From Azolla caroliniana (lineage: Eukaryota > Plantae > Polypodiophyta), in the NCBI GenBank assembly GCA_043228905.1, contig JBHGNT010000002.1, positions 15,748,001-15,812,000 of the forward strand: a stretch of 64,000 bases of DNA. Reading direction: 5' to 3'. The notes under the pieces were generated by a model. The model worked only from the letters and a program-made list of their open reading frames with translations. It was not told where the DNA came from and did not search any database. Below are positions 26,010 to 39,800 of this stretch, in pieces (position 1 is the first letter of the stretch; every line of letters begins with the position of its first letter). Position numbers and translations under genes: made by a program.

Positions 26010-29000
26010 TGTCGTAGTGTATTTCGTACACTACGTGAAAAAGTAAAAATAATATAACCGATTTAATTACAAATAAATAAATAAAATAAGAATATCAAAA
26101 TATTTATCACGTGCATAAGGCAGGATTCGAACCTTGTACCTCCACGTAGCCAAACCTCAACTTTACCATTATGCTAACTTATCTTTAATGTTCTACAAAT
26201 AGATTTAATAACTATAAGTGCTTTATTTGCGCCTACCTTTATCAAAAGGTAAATCATGCATTTTTAGAGTGCGTGAATATTTTATAGAAAAACGCAAGCA
26301 ACTAAAACGTGACTCATGCACATCTAGCGTGCATGAGCACTATATTTAGCAAATAAAAGCAAGGATTAGAAAAGCATCACATGCACATTTAGTGTGCATG
26401 AACATATTAGAAAAAAAAGCATGTAGTTATGCTTAGTCTCTCCCATCACTACATAAGGATGGGGAGCACAATGTAATAGTATGAAAAATATTTGGGAAAT
26501 CGGATATATTTCCTAAAACACCAATTAATATAATCGTGGGATTCACGAAAATAATATAATCTATACTTGTGGGATTCACAAGTTTCTTATATCTTTCTTT
26601 CAATCTAAATACATATTCTTATCTAAATATTGATTAATCGAATACAATACACTTGTGGGATTCACGAAATTTCTATCTCTCTTTCTAATAATCTATTCAT
26701 TACTAGCCTCATCTCATATTCTTCTTTCTCCTAGTCCAAAACCTCAGTGGTTCCCACCCGACTCACGCAACGATCCGGCGCCGAAAGGCACGACACAGTT
26801 GGTGAACCCGACGTGAAGGCGGGTGGCAAGGGGATGGAGAATCAAAAAGAGGCGATGAACATGATGATGATGATGGTTGAGCGGATGCAACAAGAACAAC
26901 GCGCGATGACGGAGATGAAGGCGGCAGTAGAGCGGCTTGTGCGACGAAATGGGGAATTCAACGGAAATGATGTGTCACGCTATCTACGTGACTACAAAGG
27001 GGAGATGATGCGATGTGGGATACCGGAAGGATTGCAAGTGATATCCTTTAGTCGGGTAGCCACGGATGAGTTACAAGAAAGAATCTACAAGATACGGCAA
27101 CAAAATCCAACATGGGGGTCCTTTGAAGAAGCTTTACGAGAGGCATATGACTATGAGAGATCGAAGGGACGAGATCGACGCAAGTTTGACAAATGGGTGG
27201 CATCGGAGAAGACCCACCGAAGTGCAACACAAGCATTCCTAGAGTTCGAGCATCGTCTTGCTCAACTCTCGGAGCGAGAACAACGATTGGTGGGGGAGGA
27301 TAAAGTCCTAATGTTCGTAAAATCGATCGATCGAAAAGAAAGGATGGACATCGGGATCGAACTCGAAGATGATGACGGTGCGAACGGTCTTACCGAGGAT
27401 TGGGCCAAAGTCGAAAGGGTATGCCGGAGACATGATGAGAGGAAGATGAGAATCTTGTCAACGACATGGCCGATGAAGGATGGTCGATTGAAGACAAACG
27501 ATGGAGCCGATATGAAGGCCGAAATACAACATGATGGTGCGACGGAAGAGGGTGTAAAACAAGCTACCCTCTTGTCTTGAGAAAGAACAACGATGAAGGA
27601 TAAGGCCGATAACCCAAGTGTAGAAGAAGATTTCAGAATACAAGTGTTCGAAACATCGGGTGAAAAAGGGGTAAGCATAATTGATGTAGTGAAAGAGAGC
27701 AAGGAGGACTGGATTGAGGTCACCACGAAAGATGACATCGAATCGAAGGTGGCTATGGACGAATCAACGACGGATGGCCATATCGAGACTTCCCCACCAC
27801 TGATTCTAGAGACTGCGGCGGTTGCGTTCGAAAGGCAACATGAGACCGAAGAGACGGAAGGTGGCGGAGAGAAAACAAAGGTCGAAGCCGATGCGTATGA
27901 CGGAGAGATAGCCGAGAATATGGCTATGGGTGAAACAACGGAGGATGATAATACCGAGGATTCCTACCCACTAATTCTAGAGACTTCGGCGGTTGTGTCC
28001 GAGAACCAACGTGAGACTGGAGAGACGGGAGGTGGCAGCAAGAAAGGTAAAGTCGGAAGCCGGTTCGGATGGAAGGTGATCTGGACGGGATTCCGATCCA
28101 AAAGAAAGCCGAACCGGGTAAAAGAGGATTCGGCCGAAAGAAAGCCGACCCGAAAAGGGGTCGACTCGGCCAAAACCGATCGACCGAGTCTGACTTGGCC
28201 GAACGCAAATATGGATGGAAGCCGACCTAGCCGAAAGCCGATCGGACGAGACCGATCCGGAAAGAAGCTAATCCGACTCAATCGGAGGTTGGACCGGTCG
28301 AGGCTGGTGAAAACGAGGAAAAGAAAGCCAACCGAAACCGAAACCGATAGATCGAAACTGGGCCGGAAGGAGACCGACTCAATCGAAACCGAACAACCGA
28401 TTCCGATTTGGCCGAATACGAATCCGATCGGAAGCCGATCAAACCGAAAGTCGATCGGACGAGAGCGATCCGAAAAAAAGTCAAGGTTGATGAAGACAAG
28501 AAAGAGGCCAGTAAAAGACACTACCACGAATGACAAGGGCTAAGAATATGACGAGAGAGAACAAAGAATATGGTGGATCGGATGGCGACAATGGTTTGGG
28601 TGGAAAGAATGGGTCTACTCAAAATGGAGAGACAAAGTTGACATAACGGGACAAACGGAGGATGAAGGGGAGACAACGAGCATCGGCAACTTCGGCACAT
28701 ACCGGAGGATGTGCAGGTTCGGAGGGGGCGAGTGTCGTAGTGTATTTCGTACACTACATGAAAAAGTAAAAATAATATAACCGATTTAATTACATATAAA
28801 TAAATAAAATAAGAATATCAAAATATTTATCATGTGCATAGGGCAAGATTCAAACCTTGTACCTCCACGTAGCCAAACCTCAACTTTACCATTATGCTAG
28901 CTTATCTTTAGTGTTCTACAAATAGATTTAATAACTATAAGTGCTTTATTTGCGCCTACCTTTATTAAAAGGTAAATCATGCATTTTTAGAGTGCGTGAA

Positions 29001-29501
29001 TATTTTATAGAAAAACGCAAGCAACTAAAAAGTGACTCATGCACATCTAGCGTGCATGAGCACTATATTTAGCAAATAAAAGCAAGGATTAGAAAAGCCT
29101 CACATGCACATTTAGTGTGCATGAACATATTAGAAAAAAAAGCATGTAGTTATGCTTAGTCTCTCCCATCACTACATAAGGATATATTTCGGAAATATTT
29201 GGGAAATTGGATATATTTCCTAAAACACCAATTAATATAATCGTGGGATTCACGAAAATAATATAATCTATACTTGTGGGATTCACAAGTTTCTTATATC
29301 TTTCTTTCAATCTAAATACATATTCTTATCTAAATATTGATTAATCGAATACAATACACTTGTGGATTCACGAAATTTCTATCTCTCTTTCTAATAATCT
29401 ATTCATTACTAGCCTCATCTCATATTCTTCTTTCTCCTAGTCCAAAACCTCAGTGGTTCCCACCCGACTCACGCAACGATCCGGCGCCGAAAGGCACGAC
29501 A
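26010..29501 (+). mobile_element. Gypsy G3, non-autonomous gag-only element
   Basis: AT-rich LTRs 26010-26795 and 28733-29501 (TGTCG..CGACA). TSD ACGT at 26006-26009 and 29502-29505. PBS TGGTGAACCCGACGTGAA at 26800-26817. PPT GGAGGGGGCGAG. Confidence 0.95.
26834..28543 (+). pseudogene. G3 Gag-like ORF with acidic then K/R-rich tail; one in-frame TGA at 27578-27580
   Basis: GEFNGNDVSRYL..DKVLMFVKSID..GLTEDWAKVERVC is homologous to the G1/G2/G4 gag. ORFs 26747-27580 and 27593-28543 are in the same frame. Confidence 0.8.
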
Positions 29502-29520
29502 ACGTTCTTTACCTCCGGAT

Positions 29521-30362
29521 CATGGTTGTTTACGTACCCGTATTTAACGTTTAAATACGTATAGTACCTCATCATTTGTATAGTACGTACTATACCTCAA
29601 TGTTGTTCAGTCAAATATCCTGTACATTTGTCCAATGCGGTATTTAATGTATTTATAAAAAAACAGGTATAATACGTATTTATAAAGAAAATGTAAGTAA
29701 AACCCTAACAAAAAGCAAAAGAAAAAAAAGATTTTAGTGAAAAAGAAGCCAAAGGAAGGAAGAAAGAAGAATAGAAGAGATGATGATGATGAAGAAGAAG
29801 AAGAAGAAGAAGAAGAAGAGAGAAAAGAAGACATAAACCTGTCCTGAGTGTGATAATCGCAGAAGATAGAAGAAGAAGAAGAAGAAAACGAAGAAAAGAG
29901 AAACCTATCATGAGTGTGATAATCGTAGACAATTCCTCAATCTATGAATGCATAATTGTAAATAATTACAATTTGAAGTAGAACATCGTGATATACACTT
30001 ACACTAATTTATAGAATAAGGGAATCTCGACATCCATATTACTACAAGTATTTTAGGATGTGAAATGTTCAACTGTCTTATATGCATTTTAGGATGTAGA
30101 ACTATATTCTACATCACAAAATTGTGTAAACATAGATGTTTTTTACAATATTATAGATATTTTTTAGAAAGGTAAATAATTTTCAAATTCTAGAAGTATT
30201 TAACGCACTATACGTATTTTACGTACTTTATGTATTTTATAAGTATTTAACATATTAAGAAAACGTATTTAACGTATTTTTAAATTGGGAGGTACTATAC
30301 GGGTATTAATACGTTAAATACGTATGGTATCCATACCGTACCTAACGTACCTAACAACCTTG
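29521..30362. mobile_element. Non-autonomous hAT-type element (MITE)
   Basis: 8-bp TSD CTCCGGAT at 29513-29520 and 30363-30370. Termini CATGGTTGTT and AACAACCTTG. Subterminal inverted GTATAGTACCTC/GAGGTACTATAC and repeated TACGT motifs. AT-rich interior with (GAA)n. Confidence 0.88.
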
Positions 30363-33045
30363 CTCCGGATTGAGCTCGTCTTCGGCAAGTCTTCGCATCC
30401 CCTTCTCACTCATGTGACACAATCGCTTGTGCCACAAATCACGAACAGTATCGGATGCCACATTTACTTCCAACCGACATATCAAAGCATGCATCAGATA
30501 TAGAATGTTGGTCTTCTTAGCTCAGGCCACAATCAGGCTCCCTTTGCTTAACTTCATGACTCCGTTGCAGATGTTACCCGTGTAGCCTTCGTCATCCAGT
30601 CGACCAACTAATATCAGGTTCAGTCGAGCCTCCGGAATGTCTCGAACATCTTTTAGTACCAATCAACACCCATTTAACGTTACCAAGCACACATCTCCGA
30701 TGCCGACAATTTGGCATTCACCTTCATTTCACATCCTTACAAGACCGTCGTAGTCTCCCGCCTTGTAGGATGAGAAGCACTTTCTGTCGGGGGTTAGGTG
30801 GAACGACACACCCGAATCGACTACCCATGTCGATTCATCATCGACAAAATTATGTTCGTTCTGCTCACTTATGAGCAGCAATTCCTCCTCACTTGTCACG
30901 ATAGCCGACGTTCTTTTCCGATCCGAATTTTTCTTCGAGTCGGCATTGCCGGCTCCCCCTTTCTCCTTTCGGAAGTGTTGGAAATTCTTCTTGAAGTGCT
31001 CCGGCTTCCCACAATAGAAGCACATGAGTCTCCCCCTCAACTTCGACCTTGTCCCCAACTTTTCTCAGTTCTAGGGACTCCGATTACGGCCTCTACCTCT
31101 ATGTGTATCACTTTTCGTGACTAGGGCCTTCAGGTCGTACATTGCCTCCTTGTCCTTTTGACGAGCTTCCTCATCCAACAAGCTCAATTTTAGTCTTGCC
31201 AAGGATAATTGCTTCCCTTCCGATTCAGCATTGCCCAGTGTGACGACTCGCGTCTCCGAACTATCCGGAAGGGATCCGAGCAACAACAATGTCTGTACCG
31301 CGTCGTTTAGAGGTACTTTGAGCGAGGTAGTCTGGTTTATTAGCCCCTAGAAGGCGTTCATATGCTCTATGATACTGGCACCATCTTGATACCTGAGTCT
31401 CACTATTTTCTAGAATACTAAGACTCGATTCATTGCATTGTTGTTTTCTAACATGATGTCAATCTTTTCCCAAAGGACATAAGCCTTGTCCTCCTCATTG
31501 AAATTGTTGTACAGGCTCAGGTCAATAAAGCATCTTATGTATACAGTTTTCTTCATGTGCATTACCTCCTATGTTGATGCATCAATCTTATTTGGTCTTT
31601 TGTCTCCAAATTGTACCGATAGCTAGAGATCTTTGACCACCAACATGTACCTCATCTTCGACTTCCACACTAAATAGTTGGAGCCAGTTAGCTTGAACAT
31701 ACCCCCAAATGAATCTACCAGTTTTCTGAGTTATGCTTTGATACTAGTTTAATACGAAAAACAGGAACTCAACCACAACCGAGTTGAATGCAGAATAGGG
31801 AATCAAGTAGAATCAAGATAAATCAAATGAAATAGAGGTGCATAAGATATATCTTGGAAAATCCCAAATAGGGTAAAAACCACGGGTACCCACAAACACC
31901 AAACAAATCATAACGACACATACACATAGGCACTCACCTGAGTTCGTTCACTTCACTGACTGGTGATTACAACACAGCCACTCACGCTTCGTCTGTTCTA
32001 GCTATGGTGGCAACGACCACGCACACACGTATTCACTAACACTCTCTACTGCATGATAAACACAAGACAACCCAACTAACTTCTTCACACTTCCTAAAGT
32101 TTGCCCTAGTTATCTTTATACTTAGATAACTTTCAAGCAATTTACATAACTGAACTAAGCTTGACTCATCCAAACCTCATCCAATTTCTGACCGGGTGTA
32201 ACATTTTCCTTTATCATTAGTTCAGGTCATCTGAAAGGGACCTAAATCTCAACAGAACCGACCGCAAGTTGAGCTTGAGGGGGAGTGTTGAGGGCGCAAG
32301 CTCAACATGGGCCAAATCGGCTGAACAAGCCAAGAGCCAGATCGGATGAAGATTGATCCGCTAGGCCTGGATTTGATCGGCGAGCCAGATCGGTGGAGAG
32401 CCATATTGGAGAACCGGATCGGCGGGGAGCCAGTAGGCTGTTAGAAGCTTACGATGTTAGTGTTGATCGGACAAGCTCAACCGGATCCGAATCGGTTGAA
32501 TAAACCAGAGCCGGATTGGTATCCAGAACGGAGAACCGGACAAGTATCCGGATCGGTATCCGGAACCAAGAGCCAGATCGGAGAACCGGATCGGATTGTA
32601 ACCAGTAGGCCGTTAGAGGCCTATGGTCCTAGCCTAGTACGTAGGCCTATTTCTTGGAGTTAATGCCAGTCGCTCGTATGAGCATTGAAGTACATGTCCG
32701 TACTTTTGTCAGTCCTTTTAAGAAGTTGTATAAAAGTGCGGACTGAGCACATTGAATGTACACAGAGAGTATTATTATTGAAATTGAGTTTTATGCTATT
32801 CTACTCTCTCTGCCTCGTGTACACTATATGTTCCAAGCTCTCCATTAAACCTGTGTTTGTTTTATGTTGCTATCCAGTGCATCCAGATATGTTTACAAGC
32901 TTCCGCACTTTCACATTCACATGGTATCAAAGCATGAGGGTTGAAAATCCTCTGTTGCAAACAAAAAGCGCTAAGTAGACAAGAAAACCTGACTTTCAGA
33001 AAAGAACAAGCTGAAGAAAGATGGACAGAGGAATGACTAGCTCAC

Positions 33046-33860
33046 TGACGGGAACTACAACGCTCTTTATGCGCAACGCTCGGCCACAACCGAGCTTAGA
33101 ATCATACACAAAAAATAGGAATGAATGCACGACACAGTGAAGAGAAGAGTACACAGAATGTTTACGTGGAAAACCCAAACTAGGGAAAAAAACCACGGCA
33201 GCCCACAGGCTGCAAACTATCACTATGTTACAGTATACAACAATAAAGCATCGAGGCAACAACCTCAAGCTCTCTATCTTCGCCACAAGCGGCGGTTACG
33301 CGCTCTGATCTCGCGCAGACAAGAATAACAACAACACACTCAAAAGTTTGCCCTAAGTCATATTTATACTAATATGAATTTTCGGCTATTTACAAATATA
33401 GCCACGATGGACTCTCAGAAACATATTTACGAATATGTCTCTTCATCCGGAGAGCGCTCCTCACCGGGCCTGCATCATCCGGATCTTGCCGGGCACTCGT
33501 CATCCGGTTCTCACCGGGTTTGCACCATCCAGCTCTTCGTAGCCGGGTACTCCTCATCCGGTTCTCACCGGGTATGCACCATCCGGCTCTCCGTAGCTGG
33601 GTACTCCTCATCCGGTTCTCACCAGGTAAGCACCATCCGGCTCTCCGTAGCCGGGTACTCCTTATCCGGTTCTCACCGGGTCTGCACCATCCGGCTCTCC
33701 GAAGCCGGATACTCCTTATCCGGTTCTCACCGGGTCTGCACCATCCGGCTCTCCGAAGCCGGATACTCCTTATCCGGTTCTCATTGGGTCTGCACTATCC
33801 GACTCTCCGAAGCCGGGTAGTCCTCATCCCTTCCCATCCGGAGGGACCCGTCTCCCAACA
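33046..33860 (-). mobile_element. Solo LTR of the Copia-1 family, inserted at the start of Copia-D gag
   Basis: Reverse complement of a 234-907-like LTR. TSD CTCAC at 33041-33045 and 33861-33865. Confidence 0.93.
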
Positions 33861-36800
33861 CTCACTACCAATGGAGAAGCTTGACAGAAGCAACTATGCA
33901 TCTTGTTCTTACAATATGCACCAATATCTGTAGGGACACGGGTACTATAGTTATGTCGATGGAGAAAATGAGGTAGCATCGGAGACAGCACACAAGGACT
34001 TGCCAGCATGGGAGCAAGTAGCGAGCAGAGTGCTATATTGCCATGCGTCTTGTGTGCAAGATCAGATGCTCGGCTACATCAGAGATGCAAAGTCATCGAA
34101 TGAGGCCTATGAAAATCTCCGAAAGCTTTTCGCCGCCAGTATCCCAGCCCGTAAGTTGCAGTTCTGGCAAGAGCTCAACAACACCCGATAGAGAGACATG
34201 TTGGTTATAGACTATACCACCAAGGTAAACGAGATCTACGACGCGCTCGGCTCCATCAACATGACGGTGGACGAAGACGAGATGGTGCAGATTTGCCTCG
34301 GTGCTCTAGCGTAGAGGTACGCCGATACCGGAATGACCAGAAAAGGATCTGAAACCAGAAAACCGGAAAAGGGCCAGCCTTTGCGATGAAACACAAGGCG
34401 AACTCAATGAAGAGGAGCACTCCCGAATCGGAGGAACTGTGGTAAGTTGACTCCGGAGCATCAAACCACATGACGAGCCACAAAGAGTGGTTCTCATGTT
34501 TGGAAAAACTAGAGCAACCGGGAGTTGTGAAAATCAGAGACGACACTCCTCATCCGATCGATCATGTCAGAGTAGTCCCTTTGAGTCATTTCGGACAAAA
34601 GGGAAAGTTGATGAATGTACTACATTTTCCAATTGATCATGTCAAAACCTCGTGTCGGTTGAACAGATCACCGACCTAGGGATGGAAGTGCGGTTTACGC
34701 GCCTCGGGTGCTTCATCAAAGAAGAGGTCCAGATCATCATGCAAGGGCACTAGGACGGGAGGATGTTTATCCTCGACACCAATGACGTAGGCACTACTTT
34801 ATTCTCAAAAGGACTGAAGGCCATGTCAATTATCAAAGGTTTTAGGACTTGTAGTCGAAACAGGTTGTATTCGGATTGCCAGCATTTGGTGGTCGGGAGG
34901 CCCAAATCTGTGAAGCCTGCCAGCTTAGGAAGCAACAACGGTTTCTGTTCCCCACTGAAAGAAACGAGAGTCATAACAAGCTCGACTTCATTGATGAAGT
35001 GTATGGAGACTGGGACAAAATGTTAGTCTTGGTGGGAGTCGATATTTTGTCTCCTTCATCGACGACAACAGCCGACACACATCGATCTATCTCATTGAGA
35101 AGAAAAGTGAGGTCTTTGAAAGTTTACGAAGCCTGCAAAGTCTTGTTGAACAGGAAACAGAGAGGAAGATCAAGTGCTTGCAGTCGAATAGCGGAAAATA
35201 ATACTTTTCTGTCCAATTCAACAATTATTTGCAACAAAAAAGAATTTGGCGGGAATGCAGTTCTCGATACACGCCGGAACAAAACGACATAGCCGAGAGG
35301 AAGAACCGGTCGATTGTTGAGGCGGCACGGGCAATGCTGGAAGAGAAGAGCATGCCCAAGTGTGTCATCATACGAGCTGTATTTCGGGAGGATCCCAAAT
35401 TTACGACACCTGCGGATATTCAGTAGCATAGCTTATGTGCATGTATCGGATGAGAGGCAGAGACAGCTAGAACCGAAGTCGGAGAAGTGCATATTGGTTG
35501 GTTACTCACATGAATAAAAGGGGTATAAGTGCTATAACCCCCGGGCCAAACAAAGTTCGAGTGAGTCGAGATGTCAAATTCGACAAGTCGGCATCATGTT
35601 ACTCTCTACCGACTTCGACCCCCCAACTCCGACCCAATTCCAGAGAATGAGTCCAGTGAGCCCGAAACGACCCGAGCAGAAGACGAAGAAGGATTTGGTA
35701 CTCTAGACGAGAGTTCCATCTCATTCTGACTGAGCGGGCCGAATGAAGAGCTGAGTCAAAAAGACCAGCAAGATGAAGAGCCAACGAGTAGTGGAGACTC
35801 TGACATGCTCTCCCCATGCAAGGAACGAAGGAGACGATGGTTCACACGAAAGGAGAAGGAGAAGAAGAAGATGTCGGAGTACGACAATGGCATAGATGAG
35901 TCAAATCAAAGAGAATCCGACTCTGGAATGAATGAAGACGGACCTTCGGAAACGAATGTCGAGTCGGCCAAGGGGGCCTTGAAATCAGCTAATGAGAAAT
36001 TACGTTGATAGACCCGCCAGAAGAACCCTGTAAAATGGTACGGTTATAAAGTATACAAGGCGCACCACATTGTGTACATGAAGAAAGTGGTAGGAGTGCG
36101 TGAGCCAGAGAGCTACGCAGAAGCGACAAAAGACGCAAACTGACGTGCCGCGATGGAGGAAGAAATGCGGGCACTCGATGCCAACAACACCTGGGACCTG
36201 GTTGACCCTCCCTGACATTACAAACCAATCGGTTGCATGTGGGTGTACAAGGTAAAGCACAATGTTGACGGTTTGGTCAACCGGTACAAGGCCTAGTTAG
36301 TTGCCAAAGGATATGCGTAGACCCATAGAATCGACTATAATGAGACCTTCACTCTGGTAGCAAAGATGACGACAATTCGTGTGGTGTTGGCGGTTGCTGA
36401 GGAAAGGGGATGGCATCTTCATCAAATGGATGTGAAGAATACGTTTCTTCAAAGGCAATCTTGATGAACAGGTCTACATGATCCAGCACCCCGATTTTCA
36501 GTCGAAGATGAACAAGTCGGTAGTTTGCCGAATCAAGAAGTCGCGTTTTGGACTAAAGCAAGCCCCCCATGCCTGGAATTAAAAAATAACGCATCGGTTG
36601 CGTAAGATGGGGTTTGCGGCTCTAAGTCCGATTCGTCGCTATTCATCTAGAAAGTTCTGGGAGGTTCGGTATGTGTATCTTGTTGTATGTGGATAATCTA
36701 GTCATCACCGGACACGAACTCACTGAAATCGACAAAGTAAAGTCCCAACTGTTGGACTCATTCGAAATGAAGGACCTGGGGAAACTTCATTATTTCCTCG

Positions 36801-39800
36801 GGATCGAAGTGATCCATACCCATGTTGACATATTGCTCTCACAACGACACTATGTGTTGAATATGTTGTACAAGTTCGGCATGACTAACTGCCGACCAAT
36901 GTCCACACCCCTGGACCGGAACCTGAAGCTTCGTCTCGACTTTGGACCTACCTACAATGAGAAAGGGTTTCGACAAATTGTCGGAAGCCTCATCTATCTT
37001 ACAATCGCTTGACTTGACATAAGCTATTCCGTTGGGATGATAAGTCAATTTATGCAAAAGCAGACCGTGGAGCACCTCTAGTGCGTGCACCGAATACTCA
37101 AGTATGTTCGCGGCACTAAGGACCGGGGAGTGTTATACCAACATGGTATAACCGAAAAGGTAGTCGATTATACAGATGTTGACTGGGTCAGTGACACGTC
37201 GGATCGTCGGTCCACATCTGGTTATACGTTTTCTCTGGGTAGTGCGGTTGTTGCACGGAGTAGTAAAAAGCAACCAACAGTGGCTCTGTCGAGCATTGGG
37301 GTTGAGTATCAAGGCACTACCATAGTCACATATGAAGCCATATCGCTTCGGAGGCTGCTGTAAGAAGACCTTCGGATCAAAGTATCGATTCCGATCCCGA
37401 TCTACTATGACAACATGAGTAGCATGCAGCTGGCCAAGAATCTCGTGTTTCATGCTCACACGAAGGACATTGAGGTGCATTATCACTTCGTGCACGAGCG
37501 GGTCCCCAGCGGGGAAGTCTAACTTCGGTATTGTCAGGCGGATCAGCAAGTTGCCGACATTTTCACCAAGGCACTCGGAACTAACAAGTTGTAGCACTTT
37601 TCGGAGATGCTTGGTCTTCAGCATCTCAACGTGCCACACTTGAGAGGGTGAAAGGAAAAAGAGGAAACCAAAATGGAAGTCGAGAAAACCGGCAAAGGCA
37701 CTGAACAATTAGTCGGAGAGAAGGAAACAACCAAAACAGGGGGAGACAAGAGGGAAAAGGGAGTGGAGCCAACTGAAGAAGTCGGCAGATCCGAAACAGT
37801 CGAAACTAGCGATAACAGCGTCAGAGTCAAGAAGGACAAAGCCAACCGGAAGAAGAAGGCCAAGACCTGAACATGGTCTGATGTGGTAATGGACCTAAAG
37901 ATCAAGAGTGAGTTGGAGACAACCAACTTAGACAAGAGGGAAAACAAATCGGAGGCAGCCGATTCGGTTCAACAGTTTGATTCGAAGGAGCTGGATCATT
38001 TGAAGGCCAAACAGACTAGAAGGCAACGGAAATCAACACCGACACGGAGGAAGCTGCATGTTGACCAAAGTCACAGTAGCGAAGGAGCTCAGATGGGCCT
38101 TATGAGCAAACAAGCCGACCGAGAAGGTCGAGGTGGGTGGAACCGGATGGCTAGCGGAAAGCGAGACCGGACGGGTCGGGGAGCGCGATGTCGTGTAGAT
38201 TTTCGGCGATAGTGTGAAACTTGTGAGGAACATACGAAATCGAGTGTGGTTCTTCTCACGAAATATAAAACAATAATAGTGAAGATACTATTTTAAATAA
38301 GTTTAATATCTTGGCACAAAAACATGGAGGTCTTGAATAGCTTTTGAATACACTTTGCTACATAACAAATGGACATCTAAGTGTCAAGTTATGTGGGTAT
38401 GAAGTTTGCAAAGAAAAAGAGAAAAATAAAAAATTGTGAGATATCCCACATAGACAAGACAAACAAGGATCTCACCATATATAAGGCAAAGCAAAAGCTA
38501 TTATCTCTGTGTTTATGTGTGAAGAATAGAAAGGATGAATGGAATGACTTAATGAATGGATGTACTCAAGTTCATTGCTTTTGGATGGCCACAAAACCGA
38601 CCGGCTGGTGACCGGCATTAAACAGATCCGGCAACCGGTAACAGATCACCGACCGGTGTCGGCATACCCGGTTACTGGCATCCAGCGACCTAAGGATGCG
38701 GACCGAACCGGTAACCGGAGACCGACCGGTGTCGGCAAACCCGGTTACTAGCATCTGACAACCTCGGGATGCGGACCAAACCGGGCCATACCGAATGGAT
38801 GTAAATCGGATGGATCGGTCGGGTCGATTGATCGTGGTGCTGGTGTTTTAAAGATATTTGGTCCAAAAGCCTAATAGTATTTTGTGCTTTAAAAGGTATG
38901 TAAGCAAGACTTGAACCTTACACCTCCAAGGTAGAAAGCAATATACTTACCACTAAGCCAAGTCATTTCCTTCAAGTTATATTTTTATCATTATAGTTTT
39001 ACTTGAAAAATTCCCATATGAGAGCTTAAATGAGTGACATGGTTATCATGCATCATGCATTTTATGCATGTCTTGTACCCCACATGCATCATATGCATGG
39101 GGGCATCTATAAAAGAGTGGATGAAAAAGAAAAACAAGCTATGTATGATTCAAGAATTTAAGGAGAAGAAATTTTGTTATCCAATTGATGGTGTATCTTG
39201 TTTCTTAAGTCTAAAGTCAAGGGTTCAATTTTAATCTTTCTCTCTATCTCTCGCTCGCCATATAAATCTCTCTCTTTCAATCTATCTTAAATACTTTCTC
39301 GCTAAACTAGTGCAAACTTTGAATCCTTCCAGTCCAGGACCCCGGTGGTTCCGCCTCACGATCCGCACATAGTGACGGATCTTCGGTTTAAGGCCCACAC
39401 GGTCCCGCCTTAGTCTCTCCTGCACAAGCGGAACAATGCGACACCGTGCCGTAGAGCTCGAGGGTCAATTTGATGGGAGGAACGTTACGAAGTTCCTTGA
39501 CGCATACAAAAGGGAGATGAATCAAAGGGATGTGTCTGAAGCGCGGCAAATCACAAGTTTCAAGAGAGTGGTTGCCAACAACATCCAAAGACGTGTCATC
39601 GAGCTTCAGGAAGGTAAGACAATATGGTCCGAGTTCGAGAAAGCGATATTAACGGAGTTCGCGACAGAAGACTCGACGAGGATGACTCAACATGCCCTAG
39701 TGAAGTGGATAGAAAAGAAAAATAAGAAGATGAGCACCTCGAGGGTGTACGACGAGTTCGACCAAATGTTTAATCGTCTCCCTAATACGGACCAACTGCT

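Larger units (their letters stand above)
7328..32254 (-). mobile_element. Copia-C, degenerate and rearranged copia element
   Basis: 5' LTR 31750-32254 with degenerate PBS at 31735-31746. gag/PR 30371-31720. Integrase pieces 25765-26009 and 24815-25410 (inverted). RT 21388-21975 and 9000-9362. RNase H to ~8540. PPT ~8529-8540. LTR copies 8063-8526 and 7328-7881. Probable TSD GGACC/GAACC. Confidence 0.8.
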
